From contig DATDXT010000033.1 of NCBI GenBank assembly GCA_035289185.1, positions 1 through 30,416 of the forward strand: DNA of 30,416 bases. Direction: 5' to 3'. Numbering within the stretch: the first letter of the stretch is position 1; each line of letters starts with the position of its first letter. Below the pieces are notes generated by a model. The model did no database searches, was not told where the DNA came from, and saw nothing but the letters and a program-made list of their open reading frames with translations. Shown here piece after piece: positions 1 to 11,074 of the stretch. Both the position numbers and the translations under genes were made by a program. Source of the stretch: an archaeon. Its GTDB lineage: Archaea; Aenigmatarchaeota; Aenigmatarchaeia; CG10238-14; SCSR01.

Positions 1-321
1 AGTATCCATTTTCTTGAAATGCATGTCAGATACGTAATCACTTTTATTCGCAATGTTAGCAAAAAAACTCCAAAGATAGTGTCCAAGTTCATGTATTTCT
101 GTATTTAGGAGGATGCCTGTCATATAAATGCCGTAACTAAAGGATTGTATCAGCATCGAAGAACCCAGTTTTGTCTTGTTTATAACATTTCTTGATTTCA
201 GCATTTTAGTAGGCTTGCCTTTCTTTTTAAATCCCTTGCTTTCTATCCTGTCTTTGTCCAAATTTGCATAGAATAAGTCATGTAGCAGAAAATCTAAATC
301 ATCTTTATTAACATTTTCCAT
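1..321 (-). CDS. Putative HExxH zinc metallopeptidase, 5' partial (N-terminal 107 aa; gene continues beyond the window start)
   Basis: Hand-translated minus-strand ORF with ATG at 321..319 and no stop codon to position 1. It contains the IHELGHYLW (HExxH) motif. It lies directly downstream of the SPFH gene on the same strand. Confidence 0.4.
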   Translation of the reverse strand, partial: MENVNKDDLDFLLHDLFYANLDKDRIESKGFKKKGKPTKMLKSRNVINKTKLGSSMLIQSFSYGIYMTGILLNTEIHELGHYLWSFFANIANKSDYVSDMHFKKMDT

Positions 322-392
322 AATTTTCACTTTAATTAACTAATGATTAACAATCTGATAAATAGTTCTGATTTTAGAACAATGTACAAAAC

Positions 393-1379
393 TCACTTCT
401 TTGCAGTTATCTTCTGGGCTATCTGTTCAATCGTTTTTTGCTGGTCATTTGCTTCCATACCCATCCCAAAACCTACCCCTGCAGACAATCCGCCCATAAT
501 GCTTGGGAATGACATAGGCAGTACGACTTTTGAATTTTCCGAGCTGCTGATCTTTTCCAAAGCTTTCATATACAAGTAGGTGAGCGCATTCGGATTCAAT
601 CTTTGTGCGGCATCTCCCAGGACTTCTGTCGTTACTCTGGTTGCTTCGGCCTGGAATCTTGCAGCCAGTGTTTTCTGTTCTTCGGTTATAGGTTCAGATA
701 AAGCATTCAATAAAGTCTCAGGCAAAGTTATCTTCAAAATCTCCACGGCATTTAGTATTATTCCCCACTGTTCAAGCATAGTCAAAGATTTAGTCTTCAT
801 GTTCAAGGTTATCTCTTCCATGTTACTGAAAACTTCTCTCATACCAAATGCACCTACACTGTTCCTTACCAATCCTTGGAAGAAAGTTTTTACCGCGTGA
901 TCTACAGCAGTTACTTGAAGTATGGCTTTCTTAGGATCTGCTATCGCGTAGAAAAATGTAAGATCAAAGCTCAATGGTATATCGTCTCTTGTGATAGCTG
1001 TCGCTCCGTTTATAACTTCTGTCTTAGTCCTCACATCAACTTTCTTGAATTCGTTCTCGAAAAATGGTATGATTACAGACCATCCAGGTCCTGCCACTCT
1101 GTTGAACTTGCCAAACCTGTAAACTATTCCCCTTTCAGTCTGGCCATACATCCTCACGAATATCTTCATGAAAGCATACAGGACTATCGAAACCAGTACT
1201 ATGTAGGGTATATTTGTAACTATAGTCGCTGCAAAAGTAGGATTGAATATGTTTATAAGTACAAGCAATGCGATGAAGCCGAAAATACCAATTGCGAACT
1301 CTTTGGCTGTAACCCTGCTATCCCCCGGGTTGAAGTCTTCTCTGGGAGCACTGACTTCGACCGATATCTCCTCTGCCAT
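393..1379 (-). CDS. SPFH/band-7 (stomatin/prohibitin/HflK-C-like) membrane protein
   Basis: N-terminal TM helix followed by an SPFH core (VDVRTKTEVINGATAITRDDIPLSFDLTFFYAIADPKKA...), then a coiled-coil region and a Gly/Met-rich tail. Confidence 0.85.
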   Translation of the reverse strand: MAEEISVEVSAPREDFNPGDSRVTAKEFAIGIFGFIALLVLINIFNPTFAATIVTNIPYIVLVSIVLYAFMKIFVRMYGQTERGIVYRFGKFNRVAGPGWSVIIPFFENEFKKVDVRTKTEVINGATAITRDDIPLSFDLTFFYAIADPKKAILQVTAVDHAVKTFFQGLVRNSVGAFGMREVFSNMEEITLNMKTKSLTMLEQWGIILNAVEILKITLPETLLNALSEPITEEQKTLAARFQAEATRVTTEVLGDAAQRLNPNALTYLYMKALEKISSSENSKVVLPMSFPSIMGGLSAGVGFGMGMEANDQQKTIEQIAQKITAKK

Positions 1380-1414
1380 AAATAAAAGACTGTTTTAAAA
1401 CTTTTTAAATTAAA

Positions 1415-2572
1415 CTATCTGGCTGCTACTATCTTGATTACATCACCATTCTTCAGAATATGGTCCTTTCCTACCCTCTTCTTTGTCCTTGCATCTATGG
1501 CTGAAATGAACTTTTCGCCTATACTGGTATGTACTTTGTAGGCCATATCCAAAGCAGTCGAACCGTTCGGCATCAGTAATGCATCCGGTAGCACATTTTT
1601 GTCCTTGTCACAGAGCTTGTTTTCATCTTCCACAGGATAGACCACTATATGGTCAAGCAACTGGAATACAGTCTTGTTCAAACATTCCTGTACTCCTGTA
1701 GAACCGTACATGTCAACCACTTTTTGGATGTGATTTAAGACCGTTTTCTGTCTTTCATCGACGCCATCCTTCAACTGAAAGTGTTTTCCATCATAATCCA
1801 CTAGATTTTTCTCTGCCGCTTTCCTCAATGCAATCTCAGCCTCGGCACTTGTGGGCAATATCAACATTTCTTTAAAAATTCCCATTAGTTTCTCAAAATT
1901 CTTCTGTGCGTTTTCCATATCCATCTTGTTCGCAGCTACGAGCATAGGTTTGGACATCTTCCTTATGATAGTCGCAAATTTCCTCACATCAGAAATACCA
2001 GAATCAGAAAAAGCCCTGTCTATCTGGTCTTTGCTTACATTCAATCCAGTTAATTGTTCATGTAGCATGTTGACGACATTGTCTTTACTTTCCATCTTAG
2101 ATTTAGCACCAATTTTCTTCAGAGCTCTGTCTATTATATCTGAAAACCAAAGATCTATCTCATCCTGCAAAAATCTTATCTCTTCTGAGGGGTCGTGATT
2201 GGTCGTCGGTTTGCCTTCATTGTCAGTCATCCCAGAAGTGTCTATGACTTGAATCAAAACAGATGCTTGCCTTACATCATCCAAAAACTTCGAACCAAGT
2301 CCTTTACCTTCATGCGCTCCTGGCACCAGTCCGGCAATGTCCCACAGTTTTACAGGTATGTAGCGCTTCCCATTCTTACAATAACCATGCTTTGGTTTAC
2401 AGTTTGTATTGAATTCTTTTTCTACACAATCGATTACTACATGTGCCATACCGGTATTTGGTTCTATGGTGGTGAATGGAACCGGCGATACCTTTACATC
2501 TATCATCGTAGCCGCTTTGAAGAAGCTGGACTTTCCACTGTTTGGTTTTCCAACAAGACCTATTTCTATCAT
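1415..2572 (-). CDS. Obg-like GTPase (YchF/Ygr210-type) with C-terminal TGS domain
   Basis: G1 motif GLVGKPNSGKSS. A DxxG switch region is present. The C-terminal TGS-like fold ends ...GDVIKIVAAR. Length 385 aa is typical of the archaeal Ygr210 subfamily. Confidence 0.75.
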   Translation of the reverse strand: MIEIGLVGKPNSGKSSFFKAATMIDVKVSPVPFTTIEPNTGMAHVVIDCVEKEFNTNCKPKHGYCKNGKRYIPVKLWDIAGLVPGAHEGKGLGSKFLDDVRQASVLIQVIDTSGMTDNEGKPTTNHDPSEEIRFLQDEIDLWFSDIIDRALKKIGAKSKMESKDNVVNMLHEQLTGLNVSKDQIDRAFSDSGISDVRKFATIIRKMSKPMLVAANKMDMENAQKNFEKLMGIFKEMLILPTSAEAEIALRKAAEKNLVDYDGKHFQLKDGVDERQKTVLNHIQKVVDMYGSTGVQECLNKTVFQLLDHIVVYPVEDENKLCDKDKNVLPDALLMPNGSTALDMAYKVHTSIGEKFISAIDARTKKRVGKDHILKNGDVIKIVAAR

Positions 2573-2604
2573 ACTTATAAAACTCTTTAAACTAGCATAA
2601 ATTA

Positions 2605-3369
2605 TTGTTAATTAAGGCGAATTGCCTAATGACAAATCCCATACAACTTAACATTAAAAAAGCATTGGCAGATAGGCTGGCAGAGTATCTTTTTGAAGAG
2701 GTGACGACAAATCCAAATTTCGAAGCATTTAAAATGTATTTTTTGGAAGATATCGATAATTTTTACAAGACTAAATCAAACAAATCTTCAGGTTTGTCAA
2801 TATCGTACCAATTTTTGGACGGCTACGATCAAAATACAGACGACATAAAAAAAGCAGTCGATGTTTTTAAAAACGTCACTTCTTATTTGTCAAGAATGCA
2901 GTATTTTTCCCACGATTCTATAAGAAAATCATACAGAAAACAATTGGAAACTTTCAAGGAGTTCAATATAGGCAAAACTCATATTGATAATTACATAAAA
3001 ATTTACGAACAGATTTTTGATGTTGCTAAGACTAAAGACAGAATCATCGAATTTTTAGTAAAAGAGGCAAATGCCTATGGAAATTGGGAAAAAGTAATAT
3101 TGAAAGAAAATAGATACAGAATAATAAGAAATTTTTTCCCAACAGAAAAAAACTATGTTAAATTCGTCAAAAAAGAAATTGTTGCAAAAGAACAATTGTC
3201 AAAGTGCATAAGAAGTATAATGATGTTCCATGAAAACAACAAGCCATCCGAAAGAACTATCTACAGTTTAATAATTGAAGAAGATATGGCATCCTTGTCC
3301 AAAAAACTTAGGACAGTCCAATTGCAGAGAGAAGTCGCAGAAATTTATGGAAATCTGGTGTCACCATAA
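2605..3369 (+). CDS. Hypothetical protein (alternative start ATG at 2629)
   Basis: Long ORF with normal codon usage and no recognisable motif. It is convergent with rpoD across a 4-bp gap. Confidence 0.5.
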   Translation: MLIKANCLMTNPIQLNIKKALADRLAEYLFEEVTTNPNFEAFKMYFLEDIDNFYKTKSNKSSGLSISYQFLDGYDQNTDDIKKAVDVFKNVTSYLSRMQYFSHDSIRKSYRKQLETFKEFNIGKTHIDNYIKIYEQIFDVAKTKDRIIEFLVKEANAYGNWEKVILKENRYRIIRNFFPTEKNYVKFVKKEIVAKEQLSKCIRSIMMFHENNKPSERTIYSLIIEEDMASLSKKLRTVQLQREVAEIYGNLVSP

Positions 3370-3373
3370 CAAT

Positions 3374-4159
3374 TCAAACCTTATTCAAAGATTTAGAGAA
3401 ACCATCTAGCTTCCCATCTATCACATCAAGCGCATCTTTAACAATCTCATGAGATTCAAGACTAGAAGCACTTTCAACATTGAAAATAAAACTCTCATGT
3501 ACAGGCTTCACCTGTATCTTTCCGTCGCTTACATCGACACATTTCATGCAAAGTATACAGTTCAAAGGTCTGTTCACAGCAACCTTGTCGCCTTTCAGAT
3601 CAAATACATTAACAGGACAGCTATCTACATGTTCCTTCTTCCCATGCAGATCCTTATCCACAGTTATTTCGGCTTTATTCCTATATCCAACAACAGCTCC
3701 CTGCCATTTGGCATGCTTCTTTCCTATACCAAGTTTTGCAACTGCAGTAAATTCTATCTCTTCACCTGTGTTGAACATCTCTGTTATCGGTATGTTGTCA
3801 AAAACAGGCTTTACGTCCTTGTCAGTCGTCTTTATGTCTCCAGAATAGACTATGCCAGGACCTTTCTTCTTCAAAATCAATTCCACTTGACAATTGCTGC
3901 ATCCTTTTCCATCACATTTGCATTCCTCAGGAAGATTGTAACTCTTCTCATCGAAAGTAAGAGGTATCTGTCCAAGTCGGTTTGCTATTATGTCATCGTT
4001 CAATGAAGAGCCGTTCTTTTTGAATTCGACTATATCTATTGCCATGGTCTTGACTTCAGAAATCATGATCCTTCTCAAAGCAGAGACCAGCGAGACTGGA
4101 GCATCTTCCACCAAAAAGCTCATGTCTTCCTTGTTTTTATGCAATATTTTCAATTCCAT
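3374..4159 (-). CDS. rpoD: DNA-directed RNA polymerase subunit D (Rpo3) with ferredoxin-like Cys clusters
   Basis: N-terminus MELKILHKNKEDMSFLVEDAPVSLVSALRRIM... and the RLGQIPL motif. Cys clusters CKCDGKGCSNC and CP...CILCMKC are typical of the archaeal Rpo3 4Fe-4S domain. Length 261 aa. Confidence 0.85.
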   Translation of the reverse strand: MELKILHKNKEDMSFLVEDAPVSLVSALRRIMISEVKTMAIDIVEFKKNGSSLNDDIIANRLGQIPLTFDEKSYNLPEECKCDGKGCSNCQVELILKKKGPGIVYSGDIKTTDKDVKPVFDNIPITEMFNTGEEIEFTAVAKLGIGKKHAKWQGAVVGYRNKAEITVDKDLHGKKEHVDSCPVNVFDLKGDKVAVNRPLNCILCMKCVDVSDGKIQVKPVHESFIFNVESASSLESHEIVKDALDVIDGKLDGFSKSLNKV

Positions 4160-4162
4160 TTA

Positions 4163-5323
4163 TCATTCACCTTTCTTTTTCTTTTCTTTTTTCCTTATCA
4201 AAAGTTCGAACATTCCTGTACCTGCTGGTATGACTTGTCCTATCATTACATTTTCAAATATACCTTTAAGTTCATCCTTCTCATTCCTTACACTTGCCTT
4301 GACCAAATGTTTTATTGTCTCTTCGAAAGCGGCTCTAGCAAGGATAGAACTCTTGCCTCCTGCTACACCATACCTTCCAATAGCTTCCACCTTCCCTGAG
4401 AATGTCATGATGTCTCCCACCAAATTTATATGTCTGACATCTACATCCAATCCCTGTTCGTTCAATGTGTTTGTAGCTTCGTTCAAAACAGAATTCCTCG
4501 CAGCTTCCACACCCAAGACACTTTCAACTTCAAAAATATTGTTAGTAATGGTCCTTGTATCATCCACCTCTTCCAACTTCAGTATCTCTTCAAAGTTAGA
4601 ACCTACAGTATTTATCGTCCATTCTTCACCTTCACGTCTTACTATCGCACTGGTTATGCCTTTTATGCCTTCTACACTTGCGCTCAATATCTTTTCCCTG
4701 ACCTTCTTGATGTCGGTCTCTTCTTCAACTCCAAGCTTGTTCTTTGCAAGATTAGGCTTTATTATAATGTTACCGCTTTTCTCTTTGACATCGAATGCCT
4801 TCAAAATCTCTTTCAACTTCTTTGCAACAGTATCCAACTTCCTTTTTTCAGAAAGTTCCAGTTCAAGATTGTTCTCAGACAAGTTTATCGATATGTTGCT
4901 TATCACGTCTCTGACCCTCTTCTCGACAATCTCTTCAGCTAATCTTGTGGCATCTTCTTTGTTTTCGAATTTCTTTTTCAAGTAAATTGTAGTGAATGGA
5001 GTCTCCGGCTCCCTTTTTGCATCAAAAATTTCTATGAGTCTAGGCAAACCTTGTGTAACTTTTACACCGGCGGATCCTGCAAAGTGGTAAGCACGCATCG
5101 TCATCTGTGTAGAAGGTTCAGATATGCTCTGTGCAGAAATGATACCTATAGCTTCACCTGGTTCGAACCTTCTGATTATATATTCTCTCTTTACATCTTC
5201 AAGCAACTTCCTGCTCTGTTCAGCATCGAGTTTTCTATTCTTGACCACTTTATCAAAATCTTCCATCAGCTTCGGAGGAAGATCCACTTCAATCCAAAAG
5301 TTTTCTTGCGATTCTTTCGACAT
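4163..5323 (-). CDS. rpoA2: DNA-directed RNA polymerase subunit A'' (Rpo1C)
   Basis: [31 protein letters not shown]... Lys-rich C-terminus. Immediately downstream of rpoA'. Confidence 0.95.
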   Translation of the reverse strand: MSKESQENFWIEVDLPPKLMEDFDKVVKNRKLDAEQSRKLLEDVKREYIIRRFEPGEAIGIISAQSISEPSTQMTMRAYHFAGSAGVKVTQGLPRLIEIFDAKREPETPFTTIYLKKKFENKEDATRLAEEIVEKRVRDVISNISINLSENNLELELSEKRKLDTVAKKLKEILKAFDVKEKSGNIIIKPNLAKNKLGVEEETDIKKVREKILSASVEGIKGITSAIVRREGEEWTINTVGSNFEEILKLEEVDDTRTITNNIFEVESVLGVEAARNSVLNEATNTLNEQGLDVDVRHINLVGDIMTFSGKVEAIGRYGVAGGKSSILARAAFEETIKHLVKASVRNEKDELKGIFENVMIGQVIPAGTGMFELLIRKKEKKKKGE

Positions 5324-7829
5324 CTACTCCACCTCTTTCTACTTTGGACGGATCTATCCCATCTCCGCCTGGGAAAAATTGCACTATGTTGTTTGAACTA
5401 TCCCTTACTGTACCATCGTATTCTACTTTCAAATCCTGCAATGCGCCTACAAGCCTTCTTTCCATGTAACCGGAATGTCTTGTCTTGAGAGACTTGTCCA
5501 TCAAGGATTCTCTTGAGTTGATTGCATCAAAAAAGAACTCGAAAGGCATAAGCCCATTCACGAAACCTCTTCCTACAAAACCACCTGTCTCCAAAGTCAC
5601 ATCTCCTTTTCTGAAATGAGGAAATACTCTTTGATAGTATCCTTTTTCTATCCTTTCGCCCATTATCATTTCCTGTCCGACCATTGCTGCAGTCTGTACT
5701 ATGTTGACTACATCTCCTCTTGCACCGCTTACAGCCATCTGCAACGTAGGATTGTCTTTCATATGTTTGGTGATGACGTCTCCAACCTCATTCAATGCTT
5801 TGTTGGCTCTTCTCTTGATCAATGTCTCTACACTTTCTTTCGGTGTCCTTCCCACCAAAATTTTCAATTCATTCTTCTTGTATTGCCTTAGCAAATCATC
5901 AGTCTCTGATTTAACCTGTACCAAGATATCTCTTACTTTTCTTTCTCCGCTCTCATCCAATGACTGATCTGATATGCTTATTGAAAATCCATGTTTCATC
6001 AAGAAGCTGAGAGAAAGCTTTGAAAGCTTGTTCAAAAATTCTATGACATATGCACTGCCGAACTGGTCGCCCATCTTGCTCAATATCTTTCCACTCTCTG
6101 CACCAACTGCGGCTTTATCAATATATCCTTCCTTTAACATACCATCTTCTATTACAACTTTTTCACCGGACTTGGCTCTGAATTCTATGAACAGTCCTTT
6201 AGGCAGGAAAAGACTCAATATCTCCTTTCCATTCATTTTGTTCTTGTCAGGTATCTCTATGTTCTGGTCAGCCGATCTTATCAGCTGTATGAAATCCTTC
6301 CTTTCCAATTCAGGATTGTACTTGGTCAAAAGATAAAGACCAGTTACATAATCTTGTCTCAATCCAATAATAGGACCGGAAAATCTGGGACTTCTCAAAT
6401 TCTTTTCTACAGACATCAAGTTCTCAGCTTCGACAATCGCTTCCTCTAATTGTGGTATATGCAAGTTCATCTCATCCCCGTCGAAATCTGCGTTATAAGG
6501 AACAGTGACTATAGGGTTCAATCTCAATGTCCTGTGGTCCAAAACCTTTACTCTGTGTGCCATTATACTCATCCTGTGCAATGATGGTTGGCGATTGAAG
6601 AAAGATATATCTCCATTGATCAAATGCCTTTCAACAATATATCCGGGAGATAATTCTTTTGTCAATTCCTTACCATTTTCAGCAGTTACCTTTTTCTTCC
6701 TAGCATCAGGTCTTATGATGTAGTTTGCACCAGGCCATACTTCAGGTCCACGCTCTACAAACTTCTTCACAGTTTCCAGATTTTCTGATGTTATCCTGAT
6801 AGGAACAGTCAATTCTTTTGCTATGACCATAGGCACTCCTACTTCATCTATGTCTATGAATGGGTCTGGACTGATTACACTTCTTGCACAAAAATTCACG
6901 CGCTTGCCAGCAAGGTTTCCCCTGAACCTGCCTTCCTTCGTCTTCAATCTCTGCGATAATGTTTTCAATATTCTTCTTGATCTGTGTCTTGCAGGAGGCA
7001 CGCCTGTAAGTTCATTGTCGAAATAAGTAGAAACGTGATATTGTACAAGCTCCCATAGGTCAACAAGTATGAAATCCGGCGCTCCCAATTCTATGTTCTC
7101 CCTCAACCTCTCATTTATTCTTACAATGTCTACAAGCTTGTGAGTCAAATCATCTTCAGACCTTTCTCCTGTCTCCAAAGTAATCGACGGTCTGACAGAA
7201 ACTGGAGGCACAGGGAACAATGTCAGGACAAGCCATTCTGGCCTGAAGTTCCTGAATCCCATTAATTTGAAATCTGCATCTGTGACCTTCTCCAACTTTT
7301 CCCTTATCTGCACAGCGCTCAATATCTCGCTGCCGTCTGCTATGCTGTAAGGCTTTATGAACTTCAACTTCCCTTGTTCGGCCTTGCAGTAGGGGCATTT
7401 CTTTTTGACAGCTTTTATCAGATCCTTCAAGCTGGTCTTCTTTTCTTTTGCCTTGTCCAATTCTTTTTCATCTATCATTATCCTGCTGCACTTTTTGCAT
7501 GTGACTTTCAAGATAGAGAAAATAATCTTTGCATAAAGAACATGTATGATAGGTTTTGTCAATTCTATATATCCAAAGTGTCCGTTGCAGTCACCGATAG
7601 TTCCACCACAAGTCCTGCATCTTATTCCAGGATCGACGACTCCCATTCTTGGATCCATTATGCCACCTTCTATAGGATAGCCTTCCTCATCATAAAGATC
7701 AGTCTTAGTAATCTTTGCCGCAGCCATCTTCTTTACCATTTCTGGATTTACTATTGTGAATTCTATCGAGTTAACTAGCATAATCATCAAGTCTCCTTCA
7801 GATTTATCTTTGGATAGATAAGCATGCAT
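5289..7829 (-). CDS. rpoA1: DNA-directed RNA polymerase subunit A' (Rpo1N); a likely true start lies a few codons inside the ORF (MLVNSIEF...)
   Basis: Zn-binding Cys motifs and the catalytic [12 protein letters not shown] motif. 846 aa. Confidence 0.95.
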   Translation of the reverse strand: MHAYLSKDKSEGDLMIMLVNSIEFTIVNPEMVKKMAAAKITKTDLYDEEGYPIEGGIMDPRMGVVDPGIRCRTCGGTIGDCNGHFGYIELTKPIIHVLYAKIIFSILKVTCKKCSRIMIDEKELDKAKEKKTSLKDLIKAVKKKCPYCKAEQGKLKFIKPYSIADGSEILSAVQIREKLEKVTDADFKLMGFRNFRPEWLVLTLFPVPPVSVRPSITLETGERSEDDLTHKLVDIVRINERLRENIELGAPDFILVDLWELVQYHVSTYFDNELTGVPPARHRSRRILKTLSQRLKTKEGRFRGNLAGKRVNFCARSVISPDPFIDIDEVGVPMVIAKELTVPIRITSENLETVKKFVERGPEVWPGANYIIRPDARKKKVTAENGKELTKELSPGYIVERHLINGDISFFNRQPSLHRMSIMAHRVKVLDHRTLRLNPIVTVPYNADFDGDEMNLHIPQLEEAIVEAENLMSVEKNLRSPRFSGPIIGLRQDYVTGLYLLTKYNPELERKDFIQLIRSADQNIEIPDKNKMNGKEILSLFLPKGLFIEFRAKSGEKVVIEDGMLKEGYIDKAAVGAESGKILSKMGDQFGSAYVIEFLNKLSKLSLSFLMKHGFSISISDQSLDESGERKVRDILVQVKSETDDLLRQYKKNELKILVGRTPKESVETLIKRRANKALNEVGDVITKHMKDNPTLQMAVSGARGDVVNIVQTAAMVGQEMIMGERIEKGYYQRVFPHFRKGDVTLETGGFVGRGFVNGLMPFEFFFDAINSRESLMDKSLKTRHSGYMERRLVGALQDLKVEYDGTVRDSSNNIVQFFPGGDGIDPSKVERGGVDVERIARKLLD

Positions 7830-9583
7830 TTCAATTCATCCAACATAAGTTTGAATGCATAGCTCATTTCCACCTCGACAACATTAGATTCATTGCACAC
7901 AACACAATACTTCTTGTTCTTGATCTTGTCTTCTATAGCTACAAGGCCACATGTCATGCAGACAGGAATCACTGCCTTGTCAGAATCAAATCTTTCCTTT
8001 AAAGCAAGAGCTGCACCGTGCGCTATCAAACAGTCCTTTTCCATTTCACCCAATCTCAATCCACCTTCCTTGCTCCTTCCTTCTGTAGGCTGTTTAGTGA
8101 GAAGTGTGACTGGTCCTCTTGATCTTGCATGTATCTTGTTTGAAACAAGGTGGTCCAATTTCTGGTAGAAGCAGTTTCCTATAAACATCAAAACGTTGAA
8201 ACCTTCTCCAGTCCTTCCGTTGTACATCATCTCCATTCCATCGCTTCTGTATCCATAGCTTGTTAGCATACTCTCAAGTTGCTTCTTGTCTGGTGAATTG
8301 AATGCTGGTGCATAAACATAATTTCCACTCAATGCCGCAACTTTTCCGGCAATTATCTCTAGCATCTTACCCATGGTCATTCTTGAAGGAATTCCGTGCG
8401 GGTTGAAGATTATGTCGGGTACAATTCCGTCTGAAGTAAACGGCATATCTTCCTGTGGTACAATCGCTGCTACCACACCTTTCTGTCCGTGGCGTGAAGC
8501 AAACTTGTCTCCGACTTCAGGCCTTTTGCTGTCTCTTACAACCGTTTTTATCAACATCGTCCCGTTTGAAGTCTCTGTTATAAAGACTCTATCTACAGTT
8601 CCTAAATCTCCATGCCTCAAAGTTACTGAAGTTTCTCTTATATTTTCAATTCCTGCGACGAACTGGTCTGCTGTCCCCAAGAATCTCAAAGGAGAAGTCC
8701 TTCCAATAATTACATCATCTCCTTGCACAACAGTTTCTGGATTCACAATACCGTCTTCTGGCAGATGTTTATAGGCATCCTCGCCAAGATACCCTTTCAC
8801 CCCAGCCTGAGGTATTCCTATCACATCTTCCTGTCCGCCCATGTATCTTTTCTTCTCAGATTCATAAGTCCTGTACATGAAAGACCATAGCAATCCACGC
8901 TCGACAGAACTCTTGTTGATTATTATTGCATCATCCATGTTGTACCCGTCAAAGCACGCTATTGCAATGACTATGTTGGTTCCGTTTGGATGGCTGGAAT
9001 AGTTGATAGGTTTGTGTATGAACGTCTGCACAAGAGGTGTCTGAGGATAAACCATAAGATTGGATTTAGTATCCACCCTGTTCAGGAAATTCGTTGAAAA
9101 AAGACCTATGCTCTGCTCTACCATTTTAGCGCCGAAGTTGACTCTGTCACCACGGTTGAATTCTGGAAAAGGTATAGTAGAAGCTGATAGACCTAAAATA
9201 ACTGATGGGTCAAGCTCAAGATGAGTATGATCCTTGTTAAGGTCGGCTTCTCTCAATGCGATATAAGTTCCTTCCTCCTCTTCAGAATCCAAATATTCTA
9301 TTACGCCATGCTTGACAAGTCCGTTCCAGTCGAGCTCTCCTTTCTTGACTTTTTCCAAAATCTCTTTGGTCAAAGTAGACTTACCATCATGTATAACAAT
9401 CAGTGGCCTTCTTACTCTTCCTCCTTCTGTCAAAATCTTGACTTCTTTCATATGTTCTAGATAAACGACATTTACTTGTTCAGACAATTTTCCATGTCTT
9501 CTAGCTTCCAATACATTGGCTACCAATTTCTTCGGATCGTTGGTCATCCCGACATATTTTCCATCTAAGAATATTTCTGCCAT
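7787..9583 (-). CDS. rpoB1: DNA-directed RNA polymerase subunit B' (Rpo2C, C-terminal half of split RpoB)
   Basis: Conserved Rpb2 C-terminal regions (GQKGVV..., the GEMEKDCLIAHGA switch region, and the C-terminal Cys4 Zn ribbon CMTCG...CVVC). Confidence 0.95.
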   Translation of the reverse strand: MAEIFLDGKYVGMTNDPKKLVANVLEARRHGKLSEQVNVVYLEHMKEVKILTEGGRVRRPLIVIHDGKSTLTKEILEKVKKGELDWNGLVKHGVIEYLDSEEEEGTYIALREADLNKDHTHLELDPSVILGLSASTIPFPEFNRGDRVNFGAKMVEQSIGLFSTNFLNRVDTKSNLMVYPQTPLVQTFIHKPINYSSHPNGTNIVIAIACFDGYNMDDAIIINKSSVERGLLWSFMYRTYESEKKRYMGGQEDVIGIPQAGVKGYLGEDAYKHLPEDGIVNPETVVQGDDVIIGRTSPLRFLGTADQFVAGIENIRETSVTLRHGDLGTVDRVFITETSNGTMLIKTVVRDSKRPEVGDKFASRHGQKGVVAAIVPQEDMPFTSDGIVPDIIFNPHGIPSRMTMGKMLEIIAGKVAALSGNYVYAPAFNSPDKKQLESMLTSYGYRSDGMEMMYNGRTGEGFNVLMFIGNCFYQKLDHLVSNKIHARSRGPVTLLTKQPTEGRSKEGGLRLGEMEKDCLIAHGAALALKERFDSDKAVIPVCMTCGLVAIEDKIKNKKYCVVCNESNVVEVEMSYAFKLMLDELKCMLIYPKINLKET

Positions 9584-11070
9584 TCTACTCCCTCCGTTTT
9601 CTTTATAACATTCTCCAAGTTAACAGTCACATCTTCACTTGTCCCTTTTGTGACCTCTGCTAAAATTGCCAAATATTTCCTCAGACCGATTGTCGCCCCT
9701 TCTGGTGTCTGGCTTGTACAGACTTTTCCCCAATGTGTAGGATGCAATTCTCTAGCCTCAAAATGTTCCTGTGTAGATGTAAGAGGAGAAAGTATGTTCC
9801 TCATGTGCGACAGTGTCTTTATGTAGCTTCCCCTATCCACACGCTGGCACACTCCTGTCCTTCCACCCACCCAGCTTCCTATAGCCATGGATGATACTAT
9901 CTGGTTTGTCAAAACGTTAGACTCAACAATAGCCTGCAGTGGTGGCATCCTTCCTCTCTTGGTAAGCTTCCTGTAGTTGTAGGAAACACGTGTCACGAGA
10001 CCCCACTTACCCAAGATTATAGACCTTAGCAAAATCTCCATCAAGTCCCCGGCCAATCTCAATCTCTTGTTTGAATAGTGGTCCAAGTCATCTTCTTCCA
10101 CTTTATCCAGATGCAGTTTTATCAGTTTCCCTATGGCTTTTGATAAGAACAATGCCTTCTTCAACCTGTCTTCTGGATTCTGGCCTAAATGTGGCAATAG
10201 ATATTTGTCCACAAGCTTTGTAGCCCTTTCTATCCTGTACTGCGGCTGTGGTATCTTCAAGTATTTTCCAATCTCTTCCAATCCTTCAGCTACATTTGCA
10301 GCCGTTGTTTCAAGAAGGTTTACATAGAACTCTTCTTGTACTTCAGGATCGTCTGAGACAGCTGTTACAATTTCCTTGTCGTTAGTCAAACCTAAAGCTT
10401 TCAACAAATAGACAACTGGCAATCTTGTTATGTTGGCGAAACTTATTGTCACCATACCGTCTATCTTCCTTTCCATCAAATGCCTTTGGACATACCCCTC
10501 TTTCTCAGAGTGTATCCTTGCTAGTTCTTCAATACTGCCACTAGAAACTTTTGCAGTTATTATCCTGTTGGGTGCTATCTCTTCCACAAGTACCAGCAAT
10601 CTTTCTGTTCCGTTTATGATGAAGTAGCCTCCTGGATCGTCTGGGTCTTCACCGACTTGTATAAGTTCATTCCTGTTCATTGGAGCAAGCGGACATAATT
10701 TGGACTTCAACATTATAGGTAGGTCACCGAAATTTATGTTCTTCGGTTCGCTTTGGATATTGTTCAAGACAGAAGTCATCTCCACGTACATCGGAGAAGC
10801 GTAAGTTATGTCTCTTATCCTTGTTTCAAGTGGAAGCACTGGTCTCAGAGAACCGTCTGCCTCTTTTGCCATCGGTCTTTCTATAGAAAACTTCCCAAGT
10901 TTTATCTTCAGATTTCCAAGTTCTGGTACGTCAGGTTTTATCGTCCCTATCTCTTCCAGAATCTTTGGTATCTTCCTGTCCAGAAAATCGTTGAAAGAAT
11001 CAACTTGGAATTTTACAAGGCCTCTCTCTTTGATGAAAGCATTCAACAATGAAACATAGGCCTCGTTCAT
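9565..11070 (-). CDS. rpoB2: DNA-directed RNA polymerase subunit B'' (Rpo2N, N-terminal half of split RpoB)
   Basis: Rpb2 N-terminal protrusion/lobe homology. It overlaps rpoB' by 19 nt and follows rpoH after a 4-nt gap. Confidence 0.95.
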   Translation of the reverse strand: MNEAYVSLLNAFIKERGLVKFQVDSFNDFLDRKIPKILEEIGTIKPDVPELGNLKIKLGKFSIERPMAKEADGSLRPVLPLETRIRDITYASPMYVEMTSVLNNIQSEPKNINFGDLPIMLKSKLCPLAPMNRNELIQVGEDPDDPGGYFIINGTERLLVLVEEIAPNRIITAKVSSGSIEELARIHSEKEGYVQRHLMERKIDGMVTISFANITRLPVVYLLKALGLTNDKEIVTAVSDDPEVQEEFYVNLLETTAANVAEGLEEIGKYLKIPQPQYRIERATKLVDKYLLPHLGQNPEDRLKKALFLSKAIGKLIKLHLDKVEEDDLDHYSNKRLRLAGDLMEILLRSIILGKWGLVTRVSYNYRKLTKRGRMPPLQAIVESNVLTNQIVSSMAIGSWVGGRTGVCQRVDRGSYIKTLSHMRNILSPLTSTQEHFEARELHPTHWGKVCTSQTPEGATIGLRKYLAILAEVTKGTSEDVTVNLENVIKKTEGVEWQKYS

Positions 11071-11074
11071 TGTC

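Noticed and set aside
343-1385. Plus-strand ORFs at 343..579, 580..900 and 876..1385
   Set aside because: All overlap the strongly supported SPFH gene on the opposite strand and have no motifs.
1392-1401. GTTTTAAAAC palindrome between the GTPase and SPFH genes
   Set aside because: A 10-bp AT-only palindrome in a 35-bp AT-rich gap is likely chance, or part of a TATA-like promoter. The evidence is too weak to call.
3990-4985. 331-aa plus-strand ORF rich in Ser, Phe and Leu
   Set aside because: It is antisense to rpoA'' and rpoD. Its low-complexity translation is typical of the reverse frame of an AT-rich gene.
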